This document shows positions 8,923-19,458 of a stretch of DNA of 64,000 nt, in pieces (positions within the stretch are counted from its first letter, which is position 1; every line of letters begins with the position of its first letter). Origin of the DNA: Variovorax sp. (lineage in GTDB: Bacteria; Pseudomonadota; Gammaproteobacteria; Burkholderiales; Burkholderiaceae_C); NCBI GenBank assembly GCA_017744285.1, contig JAGIBP010000017.1, positions 5,634-69,633 on the forward strand, in the 5' to 3' direction. The position numbers and the translations under genes are program-made. Under the pieces are notes generated by a model. That model did not search any database and was not told the DNA's origin. It saw nothing but the letters and a program-made list of their open reading frames with translations.

Positions 8923-9420
8923 TCAGGACTCGCGTCGAAGCTTGCGCCACCAGCGCCGCGCGCTCTCCTGCAGGGCGCTGCCGAAGCGCCACGGCGCGCT
9001 TTGCCGCACCCGCGAGAGCACGCGGTCCTTCCACGCCTTCCAGCGCGGATACCAGCGAGCGAACGCCGGGATCCGCATCAACGCCGGTTCGAGGAGCTGG
9101 AACAGCCACGCGAGCACTGCCGTGCCCGCGAGCTTGGCCGCGAGCAGCAGCATCAAGGCGCTCTTGGCATGGCCCTCCGCCAGCAGGAAGAGACCGATGA
9201 GCTTGATGGGGAAGAGCAGGGCCATCGGCGCGAAGAAGGCGAGCACCGCGCCCCAGGGCGGCAGGTTGCGCAGCGCCTGTTCGACGCGCGCCCACAGCGG
9301 CAGCCGGGCCAGCCGCCCGAGCACGCGGGCGAGCGGCTCCCAGCCCCATTCCTCGAAGAGGAGCACCGGCACGATCAGTGCCGTTGCGAGCGCGCGCAGC
9401 AGTTTTCCGATGAAGGCCAT
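8923..9420 (-). CDS. Hypothetical membrane protein
   Basis: LLFEEWGWEPL motif, hydrophobic helices; start could also be 9432. Confidence 0.75.
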   Translation of the reverse strand: MAFIGKLLRALATALIVPVLLFEEWGWEPLARVLGRLARLPLWARVEQALRNLPPWGAVLAFFAPMALLFPIKLIGLFLLAEGHAKSALMLLLAAKLAGTAVLAWLFQLLEPALMRIPAFARWYPRWKAWKDRVLSRVRQSAPWRFGSALQESARRWWRKLRRES

Positions 9421-9570
9421 GTCCCCGGGCATTGTGGCGGTGCGCGCGATGGGCGGATACCCGAAGTCATGGAGAAGTCTCCCCCGGTGGCACGTGCCGC
9501 CTATGGCAAACTTCCGCGCTTTATCGCGAGGCGCCTGACGCGGGCGCCGTCTCCGGGACGTCCTTCCAGC

Positions 9571-11946
9571 ATGCAGAAAATCATTCGCCAGCTCGCCGCC
9601 GAGATCAAGGTCGGCGAGCAACAGGTGAAGACCGCCGTCGAATTGCTCGACGGTGGCGCCACCGTTCCCTTCATCGCCCGCTACCGCAAGGAGGCCACGA
9701 ACGGCCTCGACGACACGCAACTGCGTGAACTCGAAGTGCGACTGGCCTACCTGCGCGAGCTTGAAGATCGCCGAGCCGCGGTGATCAAGAGCATCGACGA
9801 GCAGGGCAAGCTCACGCCCGAACTGCGCGCCGCCATCGAGGCCGCACCGACCAAGCAGGAGGTCGAAGACCTGTACCTGCCGTTCAAGCAGAAGCGCCGC
9901 ACCAAGGGCCAGATCGCGCGCGAGTTCGGCATCGAGCCGTTGGCCGACAAGCTGCTGGCCGATCCGACGCTCGATCCGGCAGTGGAAGCGAAGGCCTTCC
10001 TGCAGCCGGCGACGACGCTCGATGACGGCAAGCCGGGCCCCGATTTCTCGACCGTGCCCGCCGTGCTCGATGGCGTGCGGGACATCCTCTCCGAGCGCTG
10101 GGCCGAAGACGCGGCGCTGGTGCAGTCGCTGCGCGAATGGCTGTGGAGCGAGGGCCTCTTCAAGTCAAGCCTGATGGCCGGCAAGGACGAGAACAACGCC
10201 GAGGTCGCCAAGTTCCGCGATTATTTCGATTACGACGAGCCGATCGGCCGCGTTCCTTCGCACCGCGCGCTGGCGGTGTTCCGTGGCCGCGCGCAGGAGA
10301 TCCTCGACGCCAAGCTGGCGCTGCCGGTGGAGCCCGAGCCGGGCAAGCCCTCGATCGCCGAAGGCAAGATCGCGCTGCACCTGGGCTGGAGCCATGCGGG
10401 CCGCGCGGCCGACGACCTGCTGCGCAAATGCGTGGCATGGACGTGGCGCGTGAAGCTCGCGCTGTCGACTGAGCGCGACCTGTTCACCCGCCTGCGCGAA
10501 GAGGCCGAGAAGGTCGCCATCAAGGTCTTCGCCGACAACCTGCGCGATCTGCTGCTGGCCGCGCCGGCCGGCCAGCGCGTGGTGATGGGCCTGGACCCGG
10601 GCATCCGCACCGGCGTGAAAGTGGCGGTGGTCGATGCGACCGGCAAGCTGGTCGAGACCGCGACCGTGTTCCCGCACGAGCCGCGCAAGGACTGGGAAGG
10701 TTCGCTGCACACGCTGGGCAAGCTGTGCGCCAAGCACGGCGTCAACCTGATCGCGATCGGCAACGGCACCGCGAGCCGCGAGACCGACAAGCTCGCCGCC
10801 GACCTGATCAAGCTGCTCGCGAAGATGAGCGCGCAGGCCGGCGTGGAGCCGCAGGCGGTCGAGAAGGTGGTGGTGAGCGAGGCGGGCGCCTCGGTCTATT
10901 CCGCCAGCGAGTTCGCCTCGCAGGAGATGCCCGACGTGGACGTGAGCCTGCGCGGCGCGGCGAGCATCGCGCGGCGCCTGCAAGACCCGCTGGCCGAGCT
11001 CGTGAAGATCGACCCGAAGTCGATCGGCGTGGGCCAGTACCAGCACGACGTGAACCAGAGCGAACTCGCGCGCACGCTGAGCGCGGTGGTCGAGGACTGC
11101 GTGAACTCGGTCGGCGTGGACCTCAACACCGCGAGCGTGCCGCTGCTGTCGCGCGTGTCGGGCCTGTCGTCGAGCGTGGCCAAGGCAGTGGTGCGCTGGC
11201 GCGAGGCCAACGGCGCCTTTGCGAGCCGGCAGCAGTTGCTCGACGTGACTGGCTTCGGCGCCAAGACTTTTGAGCAGAGCGCGGGCTTCCTGCGCATCCG
11301 GGGCGGCGCCAATCCGCTGGACATGACCGGCGTGCACCCCGAGACCTACCCCGTGGTCGAGCAGATGATCGAAAAGACCGGCAAGCCGGTCGCCGAGCTG
11401 ATGGGGCGCGCGGACATGCTCAAGACGCTCAAGCCCGAGCTGTTCGCGAACGAGAAGTTCGGTGTCATCACGGTGAAGGACATCCTGGGCGAACTGGAGA
11501 AGCCCGGCCGCGACCCGCGTCCGGACTTCAAGGTCGCGCGCTTCAACGAGGGCGTGGAAGACATCACCGACCTCAAGGAAGGCATGGTGCTCGAAGGCAC
11601 GGTGAGCAACGTGGCGCAGTTCGGCGCTTTCGTCGACCTGGGCGTGCACCAGGACGGCCTCGTGCACGTGAGCCAGCTTTCGCACAAGTTCGTCAACGAT
11701 GCGCGCGAGGTCGTGAAGACCGGCGACATCGTCAAGGTCAAGGTGATGGAGGTCGACGTGGCGCGCAAGCGCATCGGGTTGTCGATGAAGCTCGATGCCG
11801 CACCTTCGCGCCGCGACGGCCCGCGCGAGAACCGATTCGAGGGCGCGGGGCGCGGCTACCAGCAGGGCTCGCGGCGCGACAACTCGCCACAGCCGGCGGG
11901 CCAGATGGCGAACGCCTTCGCCAAGCTGCAAGGCCTGCGCAAGTAG
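9571..11946 (+). CDS. tex: Tex transcription accessory protein
   Basis: TVPFIARYRKE, GLDPGIRTG, RRLQDPLAELVKIDPKSIGVGQYQHD, C-terminal S1 domain. Confidence 0.97.
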   Translation: MQKIIRQLAAEIKVGEQQVKTAVELLDGGATVPFIARYRKEATNGLDDTQLRELEVRLAYLRELEDRRAAVIKSIDEQGKLTPELRAAIEAAPTKQEVEDLYLPFKQKRRTKGQIAREFGIEPLADKLLADPTLDPAVEAKAFLQPATTLDDGKPGPDFSTVPAVLDGVRDILSERWAEDAALVQSLREWLWSEGLFKSSLMAGKDENNAEVAKFRDYFDYDEPIGRVPSHRALAVFRGRAQEILDAKLALPVEPEPGKPSIAEGKIALHLGWSHAGRAADDLLRKCVAWTWRVKLALSTERDLFTRLREEAEKVAIKVFADNLRDLLLAAPAGQRVVMGLDPGIRTGVKVAVVDATGKLVETATVFPHEPRKDWEGSLHTLGKLCAKHGVNLIAIGNGTASRETDKLAADLIKLLAKMSAQAGVEPQAVEKVVVSEAGASVYSASEFASQEMPDVDVSLRGAASIARRLQDPLAELVKIDPKSIGVGQYQHDVNQSELARTLSAVVEDCVNSVGVDLNTASVPLLSRVSGLSSSVAKAVVRWREANGAFASRQQLLDVTGFGAKTFEQSAGFLRIRGGANPLDMTGVHPETYPVVEQMIEKTGKPVAELMGRADMLKTLKPELFANEKFGVITVKDILGELEKPGRDPRPDFKVARFNEGVEDITDLKEGMVLEGTVSNVAQFGAFVDLGVHQDGLVHVSQLSHKFVNDAREVVKTGDIVKVKVMEVDVARKRIGLSMKLDAAPSRRDGPRENRFEGAGRGYQQGSRRDNSPQPAGQMANAFAKLQGLRK

Positions 11947-11969
11947 AAGGACGCGGCGGCGGGCAGGGC

Positions 11970-13040
11970 ATGAAGGCGCTTCGCATCTATGCCGGGCCGG
12001 CCGCGCGTGAACACATCGCCGCGCACGGCCTGCGGCCGCAGGACGTGCGCACCATTCCCGGCGCGGCCGGCGGGCCGAAAGGCCTGATCCTCGGACCGAT
12101 CGACCGCTTCCTCTTCGGCGACTGGCTGGTGCAGTCGACGCAGCCCGTCGACCTGGTCGGCGCATCGATCGGTGCCTGGCGGCTCGCCAATGCCTGCCTG
12201 CACGATGCGCGTGATGCCTTCGAGCGGTTCGAGCAGGGCTACATCCACCAGCATTTCGAGGTGCCGCCGGGCCAGAAGCGGCTGACGGCGCGGCAGGTCA
12301 GCGCGAAGTTCGGCGAAGGCCTGCGCAACTTCTATGGCGGACGCATCGGCGAGGTGCTCGGCCATTCGCGCTACCGGCTGCATGTGATCACGGCGCGCGG
12401 CCGGCACCTGCTGGGCCGCGAGGGCAGGGCGCGCACGCCCGTCGGCTATCTCGGAGCCTTCATCACGAACAGCGTCCACCGCAAGAGCCTCGGCGCGTGG
12501 CTGGAGCGCGTGGTGTTCTCCACGCCGGGCGCGGCGCTGCCTTTCGGCACGCGCGATTTCCGCACGCGGCAGGTCGAGCTGATCGAGGGCAACTTCGAAC
12601 TCGCGCTGCAGGCTTCGTGCTCGATTCCGTTCATGCTCGAGGCGGTGCACGACATCCCCGGCGCGCCGCGCGGCGCGTACTGGGACGGCGGCATCACGGA
12701 CTACCACCTGCACCTCGACTACATGAACGCGGACGGCATCGTGCTGTATCCGCACTTCCAGAAAGCGGTGGTGCCGGGCTGGCTGGACAAGGGCCTCAAG
12801 TGGCGCCACAAGGCCACGGCATTCCTCGACCGCACGGTGGTGCTCGCGCCCAACCCCGAATGGGTTCGCGGCCTGCCCAACGGCAAGCTGCCCGATCGCA
12901 ACGATTTCCTGCGCTACGGCAACGATGTGGCGGCGCGCGTGCAGGCATGGAGCACTGCCGCGAAGGAGTCGCAGCGGCTGGCGGACGAATTCGCCGAGTT
13001 CCTGCAACGTGGCAGCGCGGCGGAGGTGCTGCCTCTGTGA
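11970..13040 (+). CDS. Patatin-like phospholipase
   Basis: GAAGGPKG, GASIG (GxSxG), WDGG. Confidence 0.85.
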   Translation: MKALRIYAGPAAREHIAAHGLRPQDVRTIPGAAGGPKGLILGPIDRFLFGDWLVQSTQPVDLVGASIGAWRLANACLHDARDAFERFEQGYIHQHFEVPPGQKRLTARQVSAKFGEGLRNFYGGRIGEVLGHSRYRLHVITARGRHLLGREGRARTPVGYLGAFITNSVHRKSLGAWLERVVFSTPGAALPFGTRDFRTRQVELIEGNFELALQASCSIPFMLEAVHDIPGAPRGAYWDGGITDYHLHLDYMNADGIVLYPHFQKAVVPGWLDKGLKWRHKATAFLDRTVVLAPNPEWVRGLPNGKLPDRNDFLRYGNDVAARVQAWSTAAKESQRLADEFAEFLQRGSAAEVLPL

Positions 13041-13086
13041 CTGGCGGCCGGCGCCGGCTAAAGTCAGGCGCATCCGGAGACACTTC

Positions 13087-13311
13087 ATGAACGTCACGCG
13101 CGTCATCGGCCTGATCCTCATCGTCGCGGGCATCGCGGCCCTGGGCGTGGGCGGCTTCAGCTACACGAAGGAAACGCACAAGGCCAAGATCGGCCCCATC
13201 GAGCTGGCGATCAAGGAAAAGCAGGAAGTCAACATTCCCATCTGGGCCGGCGTCGCCGCGATCGTGGTGGGCGGCGCGCTGCTGGTTTTCGGCGGCGGAC
13301 GCAAGGGCTGA
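13087..13311 (+). CDS. Small two-TM membrane protein
   Basis: GGAG RBS; two hydrophobic helices flanking KIGPIEL. Confidence 0.8.
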   Translation: MNVTRVIGLILIVAGIAALGVGGFSYTKETHKAKIGPIELAIKEKQEVNIPIWAGVAAIVVGGALLVFGGGRKG

Positions 13312-13335
13312 TTTCAGCCGGCCGCCTGCCGCGGA

Positions 13336-13707
13336 TCAGCCGAAGTCGCGCGCCTGCAACTCGATCGGCTGGCCGTGCGGCGTGCGGTCGGCGGCGCGGT
13401 CCCAGGCGTCGCGGTAGTGGGCGAGTTCGGCGGCGCTGCTCGCGCCCTTGGCGGCAACCAGCGATTCGAGGGCCGCGAGCCAGTGGCGGTAGTAGGTGTC
13501 GCCCCGGTTCGCATCGCCCGCAGCCTGCGCGGCCGCGATCTGGCGCGCGAGCGCATCGGCCCATTCGGGCCAGGTGAAGAGGCCGCGCTGGTGCAGCGTC
13601 ACCGCCATGGCGAAGGCGTGCGCTTCCCACGGTTCGCGGAAGACGGGCTCGATGCCGTCGTCGGTCGGCATGCCGGGGAGCAGGCGTGTGGGCTGGGTGG
13701 CGCTCAT
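13336..13707 (-). CDS. Nitrile hydratase accessory/activator protein (P14K-like)
   Basis: VFREPWEAHAFA, YYRHWLAALE, RTPHGQPIEL; directly after nthB. Confidence 0.9.
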   Translation of the reverse strand: MSATQPTRLLPGMPTDDGIEPVFREPWEAHAFAMAVTLHQRGLFTWPEWADALARQIAAAQAAGDANRGDTYYRHWLAALESLVAAKGASSAAELAHYRDAWDRAADRTPHGQPIELQARDFG

Positions 13708-14366
13708 TCGGCCGGCTCCAGGTAGCTCTCCCAGGCATCGACCGAGACCTCCAGGCCGGGTGCCGAGGCCGGCCCCCACAGGGCCTCGCCGTCGAACACG
13801 ACGGTGTAGAGCCATTGCGGCTGCTCGCCCAGCCCCTGCGCGTGCGCGTCGGCGAAGACGTGCGCGCCGTGCTGCTTTGCAATGGTGCCGACCTGGCCTT
13901 GCACGTAGGCGGGCAGGCGCGTGTGGTGCGGGGCCTGGCCCGCGCGGGCGCGCACCGGCTGGCCGACCGCGAAGCGGGGCGCCGCGCCGGCGGGGCGCTC
14001 GACGTTCGTGCCGCGGGCAAGGACCGCGGGAACGTCCGCCGCGCGAAGCACGCGCTTCACGGGCACGGGCGGATGCAGCATGTGGCCGGCCGCCAGTTCG
14101 TCGGGCAGGACCTGCCCGCGTTCGGCCATGAGCTTTTCGAGCGCGGCAAGCCAGATCTGGTAGTACGACATCTGCGCGTAGGCCGGCAGCGTTTCGCGTG
14201 CGCTGCGGCTGGCGTCGATGTTCCACGCGCCGGTGCCGCCCATGGCGAGCGTGAGCGCGAGCGCGCGGGCTTCCCAGGCCGCATGGAAGCGTTCGTCTTC
14301 AGGCTCGGGAACGATCGCGCCGGGCAGGTCGCGGCCGCCGAGATCGGCGTGGCTGGTATAGCTCAT
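13704..14366 (-). CDS. nthB: Nitrile hydratase beta subunit
   Basis: [28 protein letters not shown]. Confidence 0.93.
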   Translation of the reverse strand: MSYTSHADLGGRDLPGAIVPEPEDERFHAAWEARALALTLAMGGTGAWNIDASRSARETLPAYAQMSYYQIWLAALEKLMAERGQVLPDELAAGHMLHPPVPVKRVLRAADVPAVLARGTNVERPAGAAPRFAVGQPVRARAGQAPHHTRLPAYVQGQVGTIAKQHGAHVFADAHAQGLGEQPQWLYTVVFDGEALWGPASAPGLEVSVDAWESYLEPAE

Positions 14367-14983
14367 GGCGCGGCCTCGGGCGCACGGGCGAGGCCGGTGC
14401 CGATCATCGAATCGCGCGTCACGAGTTCGGCGAGCTGCGCCTCGCTCCAGCCTTCGGTGCCGGCCGGGCGCTGCGGGATCACGAGGTAGCGCACCTCGGC
14501 GGTCGAGTCCCACACGCGGATGCGGGTGGAGGCGGGCAGCACGACGCCGAACTCGGCCAGCACGCCGCGCGGGTCTTTCACCACGCGCGAGCGGTAGGGC
14601 GCGCTCTTGTACCAGGTGGGCGGCAGGCCCAGCGCCGGCCATGGATAGCAGCTGCACAGCGTGCACACCACCATGTGGTGCTGCTCGCCGGTGTTGGCCA
14701 CGGCCACCATGTGCTCGCCTTGCCGGCCGGTGTAGCCAAGCGAGGCGATCGCGGCGGTCGCGTCCTTCAGGAGCCAGTCTTGGAACGCGGGATCGGTCCA
14801 GGCCCTGGCGACCACGCGGGCGCCGTTGCGCGGGCCGATCTTCGTCTGGTAGGTGTCGATCAGCACGTCGAGCGCGGCGGGGTCGATGTAGCCCTTCTCG
14901 GTGAGCACGGTCTCGAGCGCGCGCACGCGCAGGTCCATCTCGCCGAGCTCGCTGTGGTCGTCGTGATCGTGGTCGTGCGCCAT
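14363..14983 (-). CDS. nthA: Nitrile hydratase alpha subunit, Co-type
   Basis: [10 protein letters not shown] metal site (Thr/Tyr = cobalt type); [10 protein letters not shown]. Confidence 0.96.
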   Translation of the reverse strand: MAHDHDHDDHSELGEMDLRVRALETVLTEKGYIDPAALDVLIDTYQTKIGPRNGARVVARAWTDPAFQDWLLKDATAAIASLGYTGRQGEHMVAVANTGEQHHMVVCTLCSCYPWPALGLPPTWYKSAPYRSRVVKDPRGVLAEFGVVLPASTRIRVWDSTAEVRYLVIPQRPAGTEGWSEAQLAELVTRDSMIGTGLARAPEAAP

Positions 14984-14990
14984 GGGGTGC

Positions 14991-16127
14991 CTACATCGAG
15001 CTTTCGAGCATCTGCCGGTAGTCCTCGCGCGTGGCGAGGCGCGGATTGGTCTTGTGGCAGTGGTCGGCCATCGCGCCGTCGATGATCTTGTCGAACACAT
15101 CCGCCGTGACGCCGACCTCGGCCAGGCCCTTGGGCAGGCCGAGCCGCTCGTTCATGTCGCGGATCGCGCTGCCGAGGTCGCCCGGCGAATCGAGGTGCAT
15201 CGCCTGCGCCATGCGCTGCAGGCGCTGGTCCTTGCGCACCGAATCGGCCCCGGCATTGAACTGGATCACCGCCGGCAGGAAGAGGGCGTTCAGGGTGCCG
15301 TGGTGCAGCCGCGGGTCGATGCCGCCCAGGCTGTGGCTGAGCGAATGCACGCAGCCCAGGCCCTTCTGGAACGCCATGGCGCCCTGCATCGATGCGCTCA
15401 TGAGGTTGAGCCGCGCCTCGCGGTCGCTGCCGTCGCGCGTGGCGCGCTCGATGTGGCCCCAGGCGCGCTCCAGCCCGTCGAGCGCGATGCCATCGGCCGG
15501 CGGATTGAAGGCGGCCGACATGAAGGTCTCCATGCAGTGCGCGATCGCGTCCATGCCGGTGGCCGCGGTGAGCTTCGGCGGCAGGCCGAGCGTGAGCTCG
15601 GGGTCGCAGATGGCGGCCTTGGGCATGAGGAACCAGCTGTGGAAGCCGAGCTTGCGGTGGTCGTCGACGATGACGATCGCGCCGCGCGCGACCTCGCTGC
15701 CGGTGCCGCTGGTGGTGGGGACCGCGATCAGCGGCGCGACGCGCTCGGTGATCTTCGGCGAGCCGCCTTCGATGGTCGCGTAGGTCTTGAGCGGCCCCTC
15801 GTGCGTGGCCGCGATCGCGACGCCCTTGGCGCAGTCGATGGCGGAGCCGCCGCCGACGGCAACCAGGCCGTCGCAGCGCTGGTCGCGATAGATGGCGGCG
15901 GCGGCACGGACGGCGGCTTCGGTGGGGTTCGAGGGCGTCTGGTCGAACACCGCGCTCGGCAGGTCGCCCAGCGCGTCCAGCGCCTTCTGCAGGATGCCGG
16001 CAGCGCGCACGCCGGCATCCGTCACGACCAGCGGTCGCGAGATGCCGACACGCTCGCATTCGCTGCGCAGGAGCTGGAGGGCGCCGAAATCGAACTGGAT
16101 CTGGGTGAGGTACTGGATGAGGGCCAT
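14991..16127 (-). CDS. Iron-containing alcohol dehydrogenase
   Basis: [35 protein letters not shown]. Confidence 0.93.
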   Translation of the reverse strand: MALIQYLTQIQFDFGALQLLRSECERVGISRPLVVTDAGVRAAGILQKALDALGDLPSAVFDQTPSNPTEAAVRAAAAIYRDQRCDGLVAVGGGSAIDCAKGVAIAATHEGPLKTYATIEGGSPKITERVAPLIAVPTTSGTGSEVARGAIVIVDDHRKLGFHSWFLMPKAAICDPELTLGLPPKLTAATGMDAIAHCMETFMSAAFNPPADGIALDGLERAWGHIERATRDGSDREARLNLMSASMQGAMAFQKGLGCVHSLSHSLGGIDPRLHHGTLNALFLPAVIQFNAGADSVRKDQRLQRMAQAMHLDSPGDLGSAIRDMNERLGLPKGLAEVGVTADVFDKIIDGAMADHCHKTNPRLATREDYRQMLESSM

Positions 16128-16250
16128 GGCAGGGGTCCGGAGGCGGACGGTACGATGCGGGTCCTCGAATCTAACAAGCACCGCGCCCCTTGGACACTCA
16201 TAAAACCCCTGCGCTTGACGCGACCGGGACACGCCGGAGCCGTTGACCGC

Positions 16251-17186
16251 ATGGCCGCACTCACTCCCCGGATGGCCAGCGTGATCGAACGCATGGCCCG
16301 CGCCGGACGCCCGCCGCTCAACGCCCTCGCGCCCGCAGAGGCGCGCGCCGCCTACGAGAAGGGAGCCGACGTGCTCGAGGTGCCGAAGCCGCAACTCGCG
16401 CGCATCGAGAACTTCACGCTCCCCGCGCGCGATGGCCATGCGCTGCCGGCGCGGCTGTATGCGCCGTCGCACGCGGTGCTGCCGGTGCTGCTGTTCTTCC
16501 ATGGCGGCGGCTTCACGGTCGGCAGCATCGGCACGCACGACATCCTGTGCCGCGTGCTGAGCGAGAAGAGCGGCTGCGCCGTGATCTCGCTGGACTACCG
16601 GCTCGCGCCGGAGCACAAGTTCCCGACGGCGTCGAACGACGCCTGGGACGCCCTGCAGCACCTCGCGGCCCATGCGGTCCAGTGGGGTCTCGACGGCACG
16701 CGCATCGCGGTCGGCGGCGACAGCGCAGGCGGCACGCTGGCGGCGGTGTGCGCCATCCTCGCACGCGATGCGGGGCTGCCGCTCGCGCTGCAGATGCTGA
16801 TCTACCCGGGCACCACGGCGCACCAGGACACCGACTCGCACCGGCGCTTCGCCACCGGGCCGCTGCTCGGGGAGGCGCTCATCAGCTACTTCTTCGCCCA
16901 GTACGTCAACTCGAAGGCCGAGCGCGACGACTGGCGCTTCGCGCCGCTCAACGCCGAGGACGTCGAGGGCGTCGCGCCGGCCTGGATCGGCCTGGCCGAA
17001 TGCGACCCGGTGGTCGACGAGGGCATCGCCTACGCCGACAAGCTGCGCGCGGCCGGCGTCGCGGTCGACCTCGAAATCTATCGCGGCGTGATCCATGAGT
17101 TCGTCAAGATGGGTCGCGCCATTCCCGAAGCGCTGCAGGCGCATGCCGACGCCGCGCGCGCACTCCAGCAGGCCCTGCAACCATGA
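16251..17186 (+). CDS. Alpha/beta hydrolase, HSL-family esterase
   Basis: HGGGF, YRLAPEH, GDSAGG, catalytic Asp/His region. Confidence 0.93.
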   Translation: MAALTPRMASVIERMARAGRPPLNALAPAEARAAYEKGADVLEVPKPQLARIENFTLPARDGHALPARLYAPSHAVLPVLLFFHGGGFTVGSIGTHDILCRVLSEKSGCAVISLDYRLAPEHKFPTASNDAWDALQHLAAHAVQWGLDGTRIAVGGDSAGGTLAAVCAILARDAGLPLALQMLIYPGTTAHQDTDSHRRFATGPLLGEALISYFFAQYVNSKAERDDWRFAPLNAEDVEGVAPAWIGLAECDPVVDEGIAYADKLRAAGVAVDLEIYRGVIHEFVKMGRAIPEALQAHADAARALQQALQP

Positions 17187-18052
17187 CCGAGACACTCCGC
17201 AGATCCGACTTCCGCTTCTTCCACCGCCTGCGCGTGCGCTGGGCCGAGGTGGACATGCAGAAGATCGTCTTCAACGCGCACTACCTGATGTACTTCGACA
17301 CCGCCATGGCCGATTACTGGCGCGCGATGGCGCTGCCGTACGAGGAGGCGATGCTCGCGCTCGGCGGCGACCTGTACGTGCGCAAGGCCACGGTCGAATT
17401 CAACGCCTCGGCGCGGGTGGACGATGTGCTCGACGCGGGCATGAAGTGCGTGCGTGTGGGCAACTCGTCGATCCTGTTCCAGGGCGGCCTGTTCCGCGGC
17501 GACGAGCTGCTGGTGAGCTGCGAGCTGGTGTACGTCTATGCCGATCCGGCCACGCAGACCTCGAAGCCGGTGCCGCCGCGCTTGCGCGAGATCCTCGCCG
17601 GCTACGAGGCGGGCGAGTCGATGCGCGAGGTCGCGACCGGCCTCTGGGCCGAGCTCGGCGAAGGCGCGGGCAAGGTACGCCGCGAGGTCTTCATCGAGGA
17701 GCAGCGCATTCCCAAGGAACTCGAATGGGACGAGCACGACGCCACCGCGCTGCATGCGGTGGCGCGCAACCGGCTCGGGCAGGCGATCGCGACCGGCCGG
17801 CTGGTGCCGGAGTCGCCCGGGCTGGGCCGCATCGGGCGCATGGCGGTGAACCGGGTCCTGCGCGGCGGCGGGCACGGCGAGGCGGTGCTGCGCGCGCTCG
17901 AAGCCGCGGCGGCGGCGCGCGGCGACCGCGAGGTCATGCTGCATGCGCAGCGCAGCGCCGAAGCCTTCTACACGCGCCTCGGCTACGTGCCGCACGGCGA
18001 GCCCTTCGAGGAAGCGGGCATCGCCCACATCGAAATGCGCCGCAAGCTCTGA
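17183..18052 (+). CDS. YbgC/FadM acyl-CoA thioesterase fused to a GNAT acetyltransferase
   Basis: VRWAEVDMQKIVFNAHY hot-dog motif; C-terminal RIGRMAV, FYTRLGY, FEEAGIAH. Confidence 0.88.
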   Translation: MTETLRRSDFRFFHRLRVRWAEVDMQKIVFNAHYLMYFDTAMADYWRAMALPYEEAMLALGGDLYVRKATVEFNASARVDDVLDAGMKCVRVGNSSILFQGGLFRGDELLVSCELVYVYADPATQTSKPVPPRLREILAGYEAGESMREVATGLWAELGEGAGKVRREVFIEEQRIPKELEWDEHDATALHAVARNRLGQAIATGRLVPESPGLGRIGRMAVNRVLRGGGHGEAVLRALEAAAAARGDREVMLHAQRSAEAFYTRLGYVPHGEPFEEAGIAHIEMRRKL

Positions 18053-18096
18053 GCCGGACGGCGGCCCCGGAACCGGGGTGATAGTCTTGCCGCCCC

Positions 18097-19458
18097 ATGA
18101 ATCTCCGCACCAAGATCGTCGCGCTCGCGGTCGCGCCGCTGCTGACGGCGCTGCTGCTGGTCGCCTTCGCGGTGCGCCACCAGGAACGCGACCTCGCCGA
18201 GCGCGAGCGCGCGCTGACCGAGCGCACCTACATGGCCCAGCGGCGCAGCGAGCTGCGCGCCTACGTCGACATGGCGGTCAGCGTGGTGCGCCCGCTCTAC
18301 GACACCGGCCAGGACGACGAGGCGGTGCGTGCCGAGGCGCTGCGGCGCCTGCAGGCGCTCGACTACGGCGACGACGGCTACTTCTTCGTCTACGACCTGG
18401 ACGGCCGCTCGCTCATGCATTCGCGGCAGCCCGAGCTGGTGGGACGGCAGCTTTGGGATCTGCGCGACTCGCAGGGGCGGCCCACCATCCAGCAGCTCAT
18501 CGCGCAGGCGCGGCAGGGCGGCGGCTTCGTCGAATACGAGTGGCGCAAGCCCTCGAATCAGCAGATGGCGCCCAAGCTCGGCTACGTGACCAGCCTGCCG
18601 CGCTGGAACTGGATGCTCGGCACGGGCCTCTACCTGGATGACATCGACGCCGCGATGAAGGGCCTCGACCAGCAGATGAACCACAACCTCACGACCACGA
18701 TGCTGTGGATCGCAGGCATCGCCGCGCTCGGCATCGGGGTCGTCAGCGCGACCGGGCTCTTGCTCAATCTCAGCGAGCACCGCGTGGCCGAATCGCGGCT
18801 GCGGAAACTGGCTCGGCAGGTGGTGCAGTCGCAGGAGGACGAGCGCGCCCACCTGGCGCGCGAGCTGCACGACGGCACGAGCCAGACGCTGGTATCCGCC
18901 AAGCTGCTGATCGAGTCGGCCGTGGACGCGCTGGAGCGCGGGCGCGAGCCCGTGCCGTCCGCGCTGCCGAAGGCGCTGCAGCGGCTCAACGAGTCGCTCG
19001 CGGAGGTGCGCGGCATCTCGCACCGGCTGCGGCCGGCGCTGCTCGACACGCTGGGCCTGCCGGCCGCGCTGGAGCGCCTGGCGGCCGAGTTCGGGGAGGA
19101 GGGCGCCGTCCGCGCGACCGTGTCGATCCTCGGCGTGCCGTCCGAGCTGTCGCCGGACGTGAAGACGGCGCTGTTCCGCGTCGCGCAGGAAGCCCTGACG
19201 AACGTGCACAAGCACTCGCAGGCGGCGAAGGTCGACATCGCGCTGGCCTTCGACCATGGGCGGGTCCGGCTCGATATCCGCGACGATGGCCGTGGCTTCG
19301 ACGAGGAGGCGGTGCAGGACGATCCGAAGAGCGGCATCGGCCTGCGCAACATGCGCGAGCGCGTCGCGGCGATCGGCGGCCGGATGGACGTGGCCTCGGG
19401 GCCCGGCGGCACCGCCATCGTGGCCGACGTGCCCGCGCTGGGCGGGGAGGCCGCATGA
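18097..19458 (+). CDS. Cache-domain sensor histidine kinase (HisKA_3)
   Basis: Two TMs, GYFFVYD Cache domain, ARELHD, QEALTN, DDGRGF, GIGLRNMRER. Confidence 0.93.
   Translation: MNLRTKIVALAVAPLLTALLLVAFAVRHQERDLAERERALTERTYMAQRRSELRAYVDMAVSVVRPLYDTGQDDEAVRAEALRRLQALDYGDDGYFFVYDLDGRSLMHSRQPELVGRQLWDLRDSQGRPTIQQLIAQARQGGGFVEYEWRKPSNQQMAPKLGYVTSLPRWNWMLGTGLYLDDIDAAMKGLDQQMNHNLTTTMLWIAGIAALGIGVVSATGLLLNLSEHRVAESRLRKLARQVVQSQEDERAHLARELHDGTSQTLVSAKLLIESAVDALERGREPVPSALPKALQRLNESLAEVRGISHRLRPALLDTLGLPAALERLAAEFGEEGAVRATVSILGVPSELSPDVKTALFRVAQEALTNVHKHSQAAKVDIALAFDHGRVRLDIRDDGRGFDEEAVQDDPKSGIGLRNMRERVAAIGGRMDVASGPGGTAIVADVPALGGEAA

Noticed and set aside
14982-17195. Two mirror 734-aa ORFs on opposite strands
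   Set aside because: Each is a real gene (Fe-ADH or esterase) extended by a stop-free antisense frame of its divergent neighbour, as is common in high-GC DNA.
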